A stretch of 32,000 nt of DNA from positions 1,170,001-1,202,000 of the forward strand of contig NC_000962.3 in NCBI RefSeq assembly GCF_000195955.2, given 5' to 3'. Shown here piece by piece: positions 14,883 through 26,278 of this stretch. The DNA comes from Mycobacterium tuberculosis H37Rv. Lineage in GTDB: Bacteria > Actinomycetota > Actinomycetes > Mycobacteriales > Mycobacteriaceae. The notes beneath the pieces are model-generated. The model was not told the DNA's origin. It worked only from the letters and a program-made list of their open reading frames with translations, and ran no database searches. Within the stretch, counting starts at the first letter, position 1, and every line of letters starts with the position of its first letter. Made by a program: the position numbers and the translations under genes.

Positions 14883-15740
14883 GTGACAACTAGACGCGCG
14901 CTGGTATTGGCCGGCGGAGGACTGGCCGGAATCGCCTGGGAAACAGGTGTTTTGCGCGGCATCGCGGACGAATCGCCGGCGGCGGCCCGGCTGCTACTGG
15001 ATTCGGATGTGTTGGTCGGGACATCGGCCGGTGCAACGGTCGCCGCGCAGATCAGCAGTGGCTGCCCGCTCGACACGCTGTACGAACGGCAGCTCGCCGA
15101 GACGTCGGCCGAGATCGATCCCGGTGTCGACATCGATGCCATCACTGATCTTTTCCTGACTGCCGTGACCGAGCCGCACATTTCGACGCGCCGGCGGCTA
15201 CAACGGATCGGTGCCGTGGCGTTGGCGGTCGACACCGTTCCGGAGTCCGTCCGCCGTCAGGTGATCGCCCAGCGCTTGCCGTCGCACGACTGGCCGGACC
15301 GGGTGTTGCGGGTCACCGCGATCGACATCGCCACCGGCGAATTGGTTGTTTTCCATCGCGAGTCGAATGTGGCGCTGGTCGACGCGGTGGCGGCCAGTTG
15401 CTCGGTGCCGGGGGCGTGGCCTCCGGTGACAATTGCCGGCCGCCGCTACATGGATGGCGGGGTGGCCAGCTCGGTCAACCTTGGTGTCGCCGACGATTGT
15501 GATGCCGCCGTGGTTTTGGTGCCCGCCGGCGCCGACGCGCCGTCGCCCTTTGGCGGCGGGGCGGCCGCGGAGATCGCGGCAGCCACCGGCATGGTGTTTG
15601 CCGTGTTCGCCGACGACGACTCGTTGGCGGCTTTCGGGCCCAACCCGCTGGATCCGCTCTGCCGTGTGAACTCGGCGATGGCCGGACGTCAGCAGGGCCG
15701 CCGCGAAGCGCAAGCCGTTGCCAGGCTGCTCGGCGTTTGA
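14883..15740 (+). CDS. Patatin-like phospholipase, 285 aa (GTG start)
   Basis: Oxyanion motif LAGGGLAG, nucleophile elbow GTSAG and catalytic DGG (YMDGGVASS). The longer ORF from 14511 overlaps the previous gene and is unlikely to be used. Confidence 0.8.
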   Translation: MTTRRALVLAGGGLAGIAWETGVLRGIADESPAAARLLLDSDVLVGTSAGATVAAQISSGCPLDTLYERQLAETSAEIDPGVDIDAITDLFLTAVTEPHISTRRRLQRIGAVALAVDTVPESVRRQVIAQRLPSHDWPDRVLRVTAIDIATGELVVFHRESNVALVDAVAASCSVPGAWPPVTIAGRRYMDGGVASSVNLGVADDCDAAVVLVPAGADAPSPFGGGAAAEIAAATGMVFAVFADDDSLAAFGPNPLDPLCRVNSAMAGRQQGRREAQAVARLLGV

Positions 15741-16823
15741 TCAGCCCTCGATGGTCGCAGCGGCAGATTCGTCGTCGTCGATCTCGAATGCTTCCAAGGC
15801 TTGGGTGGCCAGCGCGCGGCCGACGGCGATCACCTCCACCGCGCGGTGAAATTCCAGGCTTCGGCACGTTGAACGCGGTACCTCGATCAGCAGGTCGGCC
15901 GGATAGCCCGCCAGCGTATGGCGCGCCAGTGCGGATTGGGCGATATCGATCGTCCGATTCATCACCTCGAAACTGCCCATTTTGGGTAGCCCGGGTGTGT
16001 CAGCGGCTTCCTCGCGGTCAGCTGGTGGGCCGGCTGGACGCTGCTCGATCTCCGGAGCTTGCGACCAGGAATCCGATTCCGCGGCCGCCGCGCCGAAGCG
16101 ACTCAGCACCGCCCGCGCCGTAGGCCGGTCGAGCAGCGACCGGGCGGCGCTGACGTCAAACAGCGCGGAAGTGCTGCGCACCATGCGGTTCAACCACTCG
16201 GCGGTGACGTTGGGCTCCGCATCGCGAGCGGGGCCGGCCTCACTGCCGTTAAGGCTGACCGCGATGGTCAGGTCGGCGTTGACCCCGGCGATCGGCGCCA
16301 TCGGCAGTGGATCCAGGATTCCGCCGTCGGCCAGCAGGCGTCCGTCGACTTCGTGTGGGGCGATCACCCCGGGTATGGCGATGGACGCCCGGATCGCCGC
16401 GTCGAGGGGGCCGCGCTGAAACCACACCGACTTGCCGGCCAGTAGGTCGGTGGCCACCGCGGTATAGGGGATCGGCAGCTGCTCGATGGCGACCGGGCCG
16501 ACGATGTCGCGCACCGCGTCGAGAATCTTTTCTGCCCGCAGGATGCCGGCCGCGCTAATAGACGGATCCAGCAGCCGCAAGATGGTGCGCTGCGTCAGGG
16601 ACTTGGCCCAGTGGGCGAACTCGTCGAGTCGGCCGGCCGCATGCACCCCACCGACCACCGCGCCCATCGACGAGCCGGCGATCCCAACGATGTCATAGCC
16701 GCGCTCCCGCAGCGCCTGGATCACTCCGATGTGGGCGTAACCCCGGGCGCCGCCGCTGCCGAGCGCCAGTGCGACGCGCGGCGAAGACGACCCTCGCACC
16801 CGGAGGGCAGCTGGTGCGGGCAT
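15741..16823 (-). CDS. Patatin-like phospholipase, 360 aa
   Basis: Motifs GSGGARGYAHIG, GSSMG and ADGGILDPLP. Its stop codon directly abuts the stop of the convergent patatin gene (TGA|TCA at 15738-15743). Confidence 0.85.
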   Translation of the reverse strand: MPAPAALRVRGSSSPRVALALGSGGARGYAHIGVIQALRERGYDIVGIAGSSMGAVVGGVHAAGRLDEFAHWAKSLTQRTILRLLDPSISAAGILRAEKILDAVRDIVGPVAIEQLPIPYTAVATDLLAGKSVWFQRGPLDAAIRASIAIPGVIAPHEVDGRLLADGGILDPLPMAPIAGVNADLTIAVSLNGSEAGPARDAEPNVTAEWLNRMVRSTSALFDVSAARSLLDRPTARAVLSRFGAAAAESDSWSQAPEIEQRPAGPPADREEAADTPGLPKMGSFEVMNRTIDIAQSALARHTLAGYPADLLIEVPRSTCRSLEFHRAVEVIAVGRALATQALEAFEIDDDESAAATIEG

Positions 16824-16903
16824 GCTTTCATTCTGCTCGGCGAGGTGCCCTTATCGGGATCCGGCCACTAGTTTCTTGCACCCCTGATCTCAATTGCCGA
16901 GCG

Positions 16904-17323
16904 TTATCCGCATTCCGCGTTGGCGGCGGCGCGCGCCGCGACGATCACGGCCGCCTGCCGTGCCGGGGTCAGCGCCGCCCAGCGGATGTGCCAGCTGCCG
17001 GCAACTCCGGATGGCGATGCTTGGACCACCGCCAGATACGGCTCGATTAACGACTCGCCGGAGCCGGGCTGGGCATCCATCCACAGCCTTGCGGCGTGAC
17101 AGGCCTGGTAATACTCCTCCTCGGTCGATTCCGCGGGAGCGTCAACCCTGGTGGTCACGCCGGCCGGGGAGACGCCGACGACGCCCGCCGGCAACGTACC
17201 GGCAACGCTTGACGAACGTCCGGCTTTGCTGCTGCCGCCGCGAGAGCAGCCGGCAACGGCCGACAACCACGCCAGCGCCAAAACCATTGCGCACAGCAGG
17301 GGGGCATAACGGCTCGGGCGCAC
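16904..17323 (-). CDS. lpqV: Lipoprotein LpqV, 139 aa
   Basis: Signal peptide with lipobox: MRPSRYAPLLCAMVLALAWLSAVAGC. Confidence 0.85.
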   Translation of the reverse strand: MRPSRYAPLLCAMVLALAWLSAVAGCSRGGSSKAGRSSSVAGTLPAGVVGVSPAGVTTRVDAPAESTEEEYYQACHAARLWMDAQPGSGESLIEPYLAVVQASPSGVAGSWHIRWAALTPARQAAVIVAARAAANAECG

Positions 17324-17434
17324 CGTCCCAATCTATGCAAGACTGACCGCGTGATGGAGCGCTACGGATTTTGTGGGTGTTGTCGGCCCTGACCTGCCGT
17401 CCGCCCTGTCCGTTCGACTCTTTGGAGTTCTCCC

Positions 17435-18001
17435 GTGGTTATGCCTCTTGTCACGCCAACCACCGCGGTTCCATCACCGGGACCCACACGGCTGCGTGTA
17501 GCCGATCTCCTGCGCGCCACCGACCAAGCCGCAGACGACGTGCTTGGCGGGCGCTGCGACCACCTGCTACCCGACGGTGGTGTCCCGCAGACGCAGCGCT
17601 GGTACACCCGCATCCACGGTGACGAGGAGCTGGATATCTGGCTGATTAGCTGGGTTCCCGGTCAACCGACCGAGCTGCACGACCATGGCGGGTCCCTGGG
17701 AGCGTTGACCGTGCTGAGCGGGTCGCTCAACGAATATCGTTGGGACGGCCGTCGGTTGCGACGGCGCCGCCTCGATGCCGGTGATCAGGCAGGGTTCCCG
17801 TTGGGTTGGGTGCACGACGTGGTGTGGGCGCCCCGGCCGATTGGGGGGCCTGATGCGGCCGGGATGGCTGTGGCGCCAACCCTGAGCGTGCACGCCTACT
17901 CGCCGCCGCTGACGGCGATGTCGTACTACGAGATCACCGAACGCAACACGCTGCGCCGCCAGCGCACCGAATTGACCGACCAGCCCGAAGGGTCGGGATG
18001 A
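17435..18001 (+). CDS. Cupin, cysteine-dioxygenase-type protein (Rv1065-like), 188 aa
   Basis: Cupin metal motif WVPGQPTELHDHGGS...LTVLSGSL, with a later His in SVHAY. Confidence 0.7.
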   Translation: MVMPLVTPTTAVPSPGPTRLRVADLLRATDQAADDVLGGRCDHLLPDGGVPQTQRWYTRIHGDEELDIWLISWVPGQPTELHDHGGSLGALTVLSGSLNEYRWDGRRLRRRRLDAGDQAGFPLGWVHDVVWAPRPIGGPDAAGMAVAPTLSVHAYSPPLTAMSYYEITERNTLRRQRTELTDQPEGSG

Positions 18002-18393
18002 GCCGAATCGACCGGGTGCTGGAGGCCGCTCGCCGCCGGTATCGGCGCCTTGCGGCCGACCAGGTGCCCGAGGCGGCGCGGCGCGGCGCGGTGCTCGTCG
18101 ACATCCGGCCCCAAGCCCAGCGGGCCCGGGAGGGCGAGGTGCCAGGGGCGCTAGTGATCGAGCGCAACGTCTTGGAATGGCGCTGCGATCCCACCAGCGA
18201 CGCCCGGCTGCCCCAGGCCGTCGACGACGACGTCGAGTGGGTGATCCTGTGCTCGGAGGGCTACACCTCGAGCCTGGCGGCAGCGTCGCTGCTGGACTTG
18301 GGGTTGCACCGGGCCACCGATGTCGTCGGTGGCTATCGTGCGCTGGCGGCCGGCGGCGTGCTGGCCGAGCTTGGTGGTGCCGTGGGCGGGTAG
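17998..18393 (+). CDS. Single-domain rhodanese-like sulfurtransferase (Rv1066-like), 131 aa
   Basis: The ATG overlaps the upstream stop (ATGA at 17998-18001). It has a rhodanese pattern (VLVDIRPQAQR...) with the active-site loop ILCSEGYTS. Confidence 0.7.
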   Translation: MSRIDRVLEAARRRYRRLAADQVPEAARRGAVLVDIRPQAQRAREGEVPGALVIERNVLEWRCDPTSDARLPQAVDDDVEWVILCSEGYTSSLAAASLLDLGLHRATDVVGGYRALAAGGVLAELGGAVGG

Positions 18394-18420
18394 TTTGGCT
18401 CGCCGCTGCTGGCTGGGTCG

Positions 18421-20424
<2,004 letters not shown>

Positions 20425-20756
20425 GGTTTCCTCTCCCTGATTTGCTGATATGTAGTTGCGATGTTAACTAGCGCACACCGCAACTGGGGCGGTTTTCCGC
20501 CATTGTCTGGTCGCACGTATACATTTTTGTGAATTCTTTGAGCGGAATTGCTCGTGCGATCCGGCTACGTTTTCGAGGTGAGATCTGGGTGGGCGGCGAT
20601 GCCCCGTGCTTCGATGATCAATTTGGGGATCTGAAATGTCAAATGTGTTGACATTCATTGGGTGATCTTTCGCGCCACCCGGCGACGTCAAATACTTGGA
20701 CATAAGCCACTCGTCGTTGTGTGATACGTCGTCACACCGGATCTGGCCGTGCGGGT

Positions 20757-22148
20757 TTATTGCCCGGGCGTGCCGGGGTTGCCGGAGATCTGCCCGCGAC
20801 TACCGCCGGCGCCTCCAGTGCCGTTGATTCCGGGCATCAGGCCGGTGCCGCCTTTGCCACCGTTGCCGCCGTTACCGCCGTTACCGATCAACTGGGCGTC
20901 GCCGCCCTTGCCGCCGTCGCCACCGTTGCCGCCGTTGCCTTTGGCGCCGCTGCCGGCGCCCAGACCGCCGTTGCCGCCGTCGCCGCCGGTGCCGCCGCTG
21001 CCTCCGCTGCCGAGCAGGCCGGCGGTGCCGCCGCTACCGCCGGCACCGCCCGCGTGGCCGTTGCCACCGTTGCCGCCGGTGCCGCCGCCGAAGCCGCCGC
21101 CACCGCCGGTGCCGCCGGTGCTGCCCATCCCACCGGCGCCGCCGGCGCCGCCGTCGCCGAACAGCTTGGCGGCCGATCCGCCGTGGCCGCCGTTGCCGGC
21201 GTTGCCGGTGTCTGCGCCCTGGCCGCCGTTACCGGGATCAATACCGCTGTTGCCGTTGCCGCCTTGGCCGCCGGCGCCGGCGGTGCCGCCGCCTCCGCCG
21301 GTGCCGCCGTTGCCCGACAGCCAGCCGGCTGACCCGCCGTTGCCGCCGTTGCCGGCGTTGCCGCCGCCGCCGCCGGTGCCGGCGTCGCCGCCGTTGCCGG
21401 ACAGCCAGCCGGCCGACCCGCCGTCGCCACCGCGGCCGCCGGCGCCGCCCGCTCCGCCGGCACCGCCGGCACCGCCGTTGCCGAACAATCCGGCCGTTCC
21501 CCCGGCCCCGCCGGCACCACCCGCGACGCCCGGCGCGCCGATGGCTCCGGCGGGGCCGGCGCCGCCGGCGCCGCCATTGCCGCCGCTGCCGTAGAGCCAG
21601 CCGCCGTTGCCGCCCGCGCCGCCGTTGGCGCCGGCTCCGCCGGCCCCTCCGTTGCCGCCGTTGCCGATCAACCCGGCCGACCCGCCGGTACCCCCGGTGA
21701 GCCCGGCGGTGGTTTGGGAAAACCCGTTGCCGCCGTTGCCGTACAACAACCCACCGGCGCCACCGTTGGGATTGGCCGCGGTCCCATCGGCGCCGTTGCC
21801 GATCAGCGGACGCCCCAACAGCGCCTGGGTGGGCGCGTTGATCAAACCCAGCACCTGCTGTTCGACGTTGGTCGCCTCGGCGCTGGCATACGCGCCCGCA
21901 CTTGACGTCAGGGCCAGCGTGAACTGGTCATGAAACGCTGCCATCTGCCGGGCGATCGCCTGATAGCCCTCGCCATGTCCGCTAAACAGTGCCGCAATGT
22001 GGGCCGACACTTCGTCGGCGGCGGCCGGCAACAACCTCGTCGTCGCGGCCGCGGCCGCCCTCGTTGAGGCATTGATCGACGATCCGATGCTGGCCAAATC
22101 CCCAGCCGCCGAGCTGAGCATGTCTGGCACCGCAATCATGTAGGACAT
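20757..22148 (-). CDS. PE_PGRS20: PE_PGRS family protein, 463 aa from the ATG at 22148 (the ORF stays open to 22166)
   Basis: PE domain ([33 protein letters not shown]...), then a PGRS repeat domain ending in GTPGQ. Confidence 0.9.
   Translation of the reverse strand: MSYMIAVPDMLSSAAGDLASIGSSINASTRAAAAATTRLLPAAADEVSAHIAALFSGHGEGYQAIARQMAAFHDQFTLALTSSAGAYASAEATNVEQQVLGLINAPTQALLGRPLIGNGADGTAANPNGGAGGLLYGNGGNGFSQTTAGLTGGTGGSAGLIGNGGNGGAGGAGANGGAGGNGGWLYGSGGNGGAGGAGPAGAIGAPGVAGGAGGAGGTAGLFGNGGAGGAGGAGGAGGRGGDGGSAGWLSGNGGDAGTGGGGGNAGNGGNGGSAGWLSGNGGTGGGGGTAGAGGQGGNGNSGIDPGNGGQGADTGNAGNGGHGGSAAKLFGDGGAGGAGGMGSTGGTGGGGGFGGGTGGNGGNGHAGGAGGSGGTAGLLGSGGSGGTGGDGGNGGLGAGSGAKGNGGNGGDGGKGGDAQLIGNGGNGGNGGKGGTGLMPGINGTGGAGGSRGQISGNPGTPGQ
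21470..21860. repeat. Second copy of the 391-bp identical PE_PGRS block
   Basis: See 19746-20136. Confidence 0.85.
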
Positions 22149-22509
22149 TTCGCGCATCTCCCTCATCGCCGGGCGACGGATATCGGGACCGGAGTCAACG
22201 TGATGGCGCGAGTCTAAGCACGCCCGGAACGGAAATGCAGAGTGTTCGACAAATCTTTCCCCAAGACATTTTTATTGGTCGCACGATGGGCGTCGTCGTC
22301 GAGCGGTATGGCAGCACCGATTTGTCTTCCAGGGGAATGTTCGTACCGTTTCATGACGTCGACTGTGTCCAATAGCTTTACATTTCCCGTTTTTATTTGC
22401 TGATGATGTCTAACACCTAGACAAACACCGTCTTGTCGTCCATCGATATGGGCTCGGGCTAGCCGCCACGCCGACGGCGCACGCCAAACCGGCCGACCCG
22501 CTGCCCGCC

Positions 22510-24273
22510 CTACGAGCCGAAGGGCTTGGCGTTGGCGTGCAGCAATGGCTGCAGCCGCTCCGTCTTCTGCTGTGTCCAGCCGGGCGGCGAGAGCACCGCG
22601 GCCCAGCCGTCGGCCACGGTGGCGACGTAGCGGTGACCATGCCCGTCCGGCACATGCGTAGCCACCGCCATATCGGCCGAAACCTGGACGAACGTCACCA
22701 CCGGGATCCAGCGTGTCTGGGGAAGGACGTCGTAGCCCCGTTGCTCCCGCAGCCAGTCCGGCTCCCGAAACAGCAGGCGGGGAGTCCACCAGGCGATCGG
22801 ATCAGAGGCATGCTGCAGATACACCACCCGCGGTCTGCCCCACGGCGCATCAGGGCGTTGCAGGTCGCGTGCGCGGGCCACGAAACGCACGTTGCGGCCG
22901 TCGTCGTAGATGGGCAGCCACTGCGGTGATCCGGCATCGCGGTTCGCAGTCAAGGAGTTCCAAACGGTGTTGTTGAACGTCGGTCCGCTGAACAACGCGC
23001 CGTCGGTGCGGGCGAGGATGTTGTTGAGGTTCATGAACGGCGCTTCACCGCCGAACGATCCCAGGCTCTCGCCGAACACGACCAGCTTCGGGCGCTGCGA
23101 CTCGGGCAGTTGACGGATCAGCTTGTCGACCGCCTCGAACAGCGCCTCGCCGGCGTGCCGGGCATTCTCCTTGTCCACCAGGAAAGACAGCCAGCTCGGC
23201 AAGAACGAATACTGCATGCTCACGATCGCGGTATCGCCGTTGTACATGTACTCCAGCGCGGAGGCTTCCGCCTCGTTGATCCAACCGGTTCCGGTGCTCG
23301 TGGCCACTGCCACAACGGCGCGGCGCAAGCCACCGGTGCGCGCTAGCTCGCGCGCCGCCAGCTCCGCGGTGGCCATGATGCCGTCCGCCGAGTTCAACCC
23401 CGCATAGGTTCGGATCGGCTCGACGGCCGGGGTGCCGTTGAACGCGGTGAGGTCGGCGATGGTGGGACCGCTGTGGACGAAAATTCGGCCCTGATGGCCC
23501 AGCGACTCCCACGACACCAGCGATCCCGGGCCACCCGATCGCAGCGGGGTTTTCGGCGGTGCCGAATCCGGATTCATCTCATTGTTGACCGCAGCGAACG
23601 TGCTGTTCATGGAATTCATCGCGAACTTGAGCACCACACCGTTGAGCAGTGTGATGGTCAGCACCACGAGCAGCACCACCACAATGGCCGCCGAAACTCG
23701 GAATGGCGCAATGCGATCGACCTGTCCCACCAGAAAACGGAACAGCCATCGGATGAACTGGCCGATTTCGACCAGCGTGAACAGCACGACCAGCGACAAT
23801 GCGGCGGCCAGCGGGTAGTCGTACCACCGCAGGTGCTCGACACCCATTAGGTCGCGCACATCGTCTTGCCAGACATGAAACTGCACTGCCATACCCACCA
23901 TGCCGACCGCGCCGACTGCGATCAGCGGCGGCCACGCCCAGCGTGGTGGCGGCGGGCTGGAATTGTGCGAGCGCATGTAGCGGACCAGCCAGACGGCGAA
24001 GACTCCCAAGCCGTATCCGAAGGCGCCGCAGATTCCGCTGACCAGTCCCTGAAACAGCGGACCACGCGGCAGCAGCGACGGCGTCATCGAGAACCACACG
24101 AAAACGAGGCCCATCGCGGTGCCGGTGAATGTGTAGTGGCGAATCCACCAAGTGCTGCGGATCGGTTGCGGTTCAGGGGTTTGTGGAGTTGCTGCGGTGT
24201 CGACCGCCTGCTCAGCGCCGGTAGCTGGTTCGTCGCTGGCGTTGGTGGTCGTCGCTGCAGCCGGTTCCGTCAT
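22510..24273 (-). CDS. Membrane protein with an N-terminal multi-pass domain and a C-terminal alpha/beta-hydrolase-like domain (Rv1069c-like), 587 aa
   Basis: Several hydrophobic helices fall in residues ~50-230. The soluble C-terminal part has a FGESLGS nucleophile-elbow-like motif. Its start overlaps the echA8 stop (ATGA at 24270-24273). Confidence 0.8.
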
Positions 24274-25043
24274 CGGTGGGTGAACTGGGGAGCGCGTTTC
24301 TCGATGAACGCTGCCATACCTTCGGATTGGTCTTCGGTCGCGAAAGCCGAATGGAAAAGCCGGCGTTCGTAGAGCAGCCCCTCGGACAAACTGGATTCGA
24401 AAGCCCGGTTGACGGCCTCCTTGGCCATCCGGGCCGCCGAGGCCGACATCTGCGAAATGGTCGTGGCAGTGGCCCTGGCTTCGGTCAGCAAGTCGTCGGC
24501 CGGCACCACCCGTGAAACCAGACCGCTGCGCTCGGCCTCGGCGGCGTCCATGGTGCGCCCGGTCAGGATGAGGTCCATCGCCTTAGCCTTGCCGATAGCC
24601 CGGGTCAGCCGCTGGGAGCCGCCCATGCCTGGCAGCACGCCCAGCTTTATCTCGGGCTGTCCGAACTTCGCGGTGTCGGCGGCGATCAGCACGTCGCACA
24701 TCATCGCCAGCTCGCAGCCACCGCCGAGCGCGTATCCCGCCACCGCGGCGATCGTCGGGGTGCGCACGGCGGCCAGCTTGCCCCAGGTGGCGAAGAAGTC
24801 GGCGGTGAACGCGTCGGCGAACGTCAGGTCGGCCATTTCTTTGATGTCGGCTCCGGCGGCAAACGCTTTGGCCGAACCGGTGATGATGATCGCCCCAATG
24901 TCCGGGTCATCGTCCAGTTCGGTTGCAGCGCTGGTGACCTCGTTCATCACCTGGCTGTTGAGCGCGTTCAGTGCCTGGGGACGGTTCAGCGTGATAATGC
25001 CAACTCGCTGATCGCGCTCGACCAGGATGGTTTCGTACGTCAT
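24270..25043 (-). CDS. echA8: Enoyl-CoA hydratase (crotonase), 257 aa
   Basis: Classic crotonase sequence: [15 protein letters not shown]...[15 protein letters not shown]...[15 protein letters not shown]. Confidence 0.9.
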
Positions 25044-25054
25044 GCGCTACCTCT

Positions 25055-26092
25055 CTAGAAACTCAAGTCATCGTCGACCGGTTCGAAATAGGCTTCGATG
25101 TCGGCCGCCGTGATCGCGTCCAGGGTTGCCGGCGACCAGTTCGGGTTGCGATCCTTGTCGATCAACTGCGCGCGGATGCCCTCCACCAGGTCATGCGAGC
25201 GCAGCGACGCCGATGACACCCGATAGTCCTGGATCAACACGTCTTCTAGCGTGTCGAGTTTGGCGGCGCGACGCACTGCCTGCAACGTCACCGACAGCGC
25301 GATGGGGGAGCGGCTGGCAATCAGGTCGGAAGCATTTACGGCTGGTTCGCCGCCCTGTTTCCGCAGCGCCGCAACGATGTCGGCGACGCTGTCGCCGGCA
25401 TAGCATTCGTCGATCCAATCACGTTGGGCGGCAAGCGTGCTCGGTGGAGGTTCGACGGCGTGGGCGGCCAATGCGCTCTCCACGCCGCCGGTGACGATCT
25501 TCTGCGTGAACGCATCGAGGTCGCCGTGTGGCACGAAGTGGTCGGCGAATCCCAGCGCGATGGCGTCGGCGCCGGAAAACGGCGCTCCAGTCAGGGCGGC
25601 GTGCAGACCCAGCGCGCCGGGTGCACGCGACAGCAAATACACCCCGCCGACGTCGGGGATGAACCCGATGCCCACTTCGGGCATCGCGACCTTGGAGGTA
25701 TCGGTAACCACCCGGGTGTTCGCGTGTGCGCTGACGCCGACGCCGCCGCCCATTACGATGCCGTCCATCAACGCCACGTAGGGCTTGGCGAACCGGCCGA
25801 TCAGGGCGTTGAGCAGATACTCGTGGCGCCAGAACCGCCGCGCCTCGACCCCGTCCTTGCGGGCACTGTGGTAGACGGCCACCACGTCCCCGCCGGCGCA
25901 AAGTCCGCGTTCGCCGGCTCCGGAGAGCACCACCGCGTGCACCGCGTCCTCATGCTCCCAGCTCATGAGCACTGTGGCCAGCAGGTCGACCATGGTTTGG
26001 TTCAGTGAGTTGATCGCCTTGGGGCGGTTGAGCGTCACGAATCCGACACCGCCCTCGACGTTTGTCAGGACCTCATGCGATTCGCCGGTCAC
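25055..26092 (-). CDS. echA9: Enoyl-CoA hydratase/3-hydroxyisobutyryl-CoA hydrolase-like protein, 345 aa from the GTG at 26092
   Basis: Crotonase-fold N-terminus (GFVTLNRPKAINSL...GERGLCAGGDV) and the extended C-terminal domain typical of HIBCH-type enzymes. The upstream ORF extension to 26242 looks non-coding. Confidence 0.85.
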   Translation of the reverse strand: MTGESHEVLTNVEGGVGFVTLNRPKAINSLNQTMVDLLATVLMSWEHEDAVHAVVLSGAGERGLCAGGDVVAVYHSARKDGVEARRFWRHEYLLNALIGRFAKPYVALMDGIVMGGGVGVSAHANTRVVTDTSKVAMPEVGIGFIPDVGGVYLLSRAPGALGLHAALTGAPFSGADAIALGFADHFVPHGDLDAFTQKIVTGGVESALAAHAVEPPPSTLAAQRDWIDECYAGDSVADIVAALRKQGGEPAVNASDLIASRSPIALSVTLQAVRRAAKLDTLEDVLIQDYRVSSASLRSHDLVEGIRAQLIDKDRNPNWSPATLDAITAADIEAYFEPVDDDLSF

Positions 26093-26278
26093 GGGCCTCG
26101 CCTCCCCTGAAGAGTTTGACCAGCAATCTAGATCGTGGCTCGCCCAGCGGTGCCCGCGGGGGCTAAGGTTTATCGTGTACCCGGATGACAACGCTGGCCG
26201 GGAACCCGGGCCTACTACTGATCGTTGAGCGGATGTTCGCACAGCTCGTAGCCATAGCCATCAAGAGAGGATCCGACG

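Noticed and set aside
9188-16000. Long antisense ORFs (9188..10165, 11566..12501, 13421..14155, 15198..15713, 15475..15867)
   Set aside because: These are typical high-GC shadow ORFs opposite well-supported genes. They have Arg/Pro/Ala-rich low-complexity translations.
22214-22789. 191-aa minus-strand ORF overlapping the 3' end of the membrane-hydrolase gene and the AT-rich PE_PGRS upstream region
   Set aside because: It is an alternative frame of a supported gene that runs into promoter-like DNA, and its composition is not protein-like.
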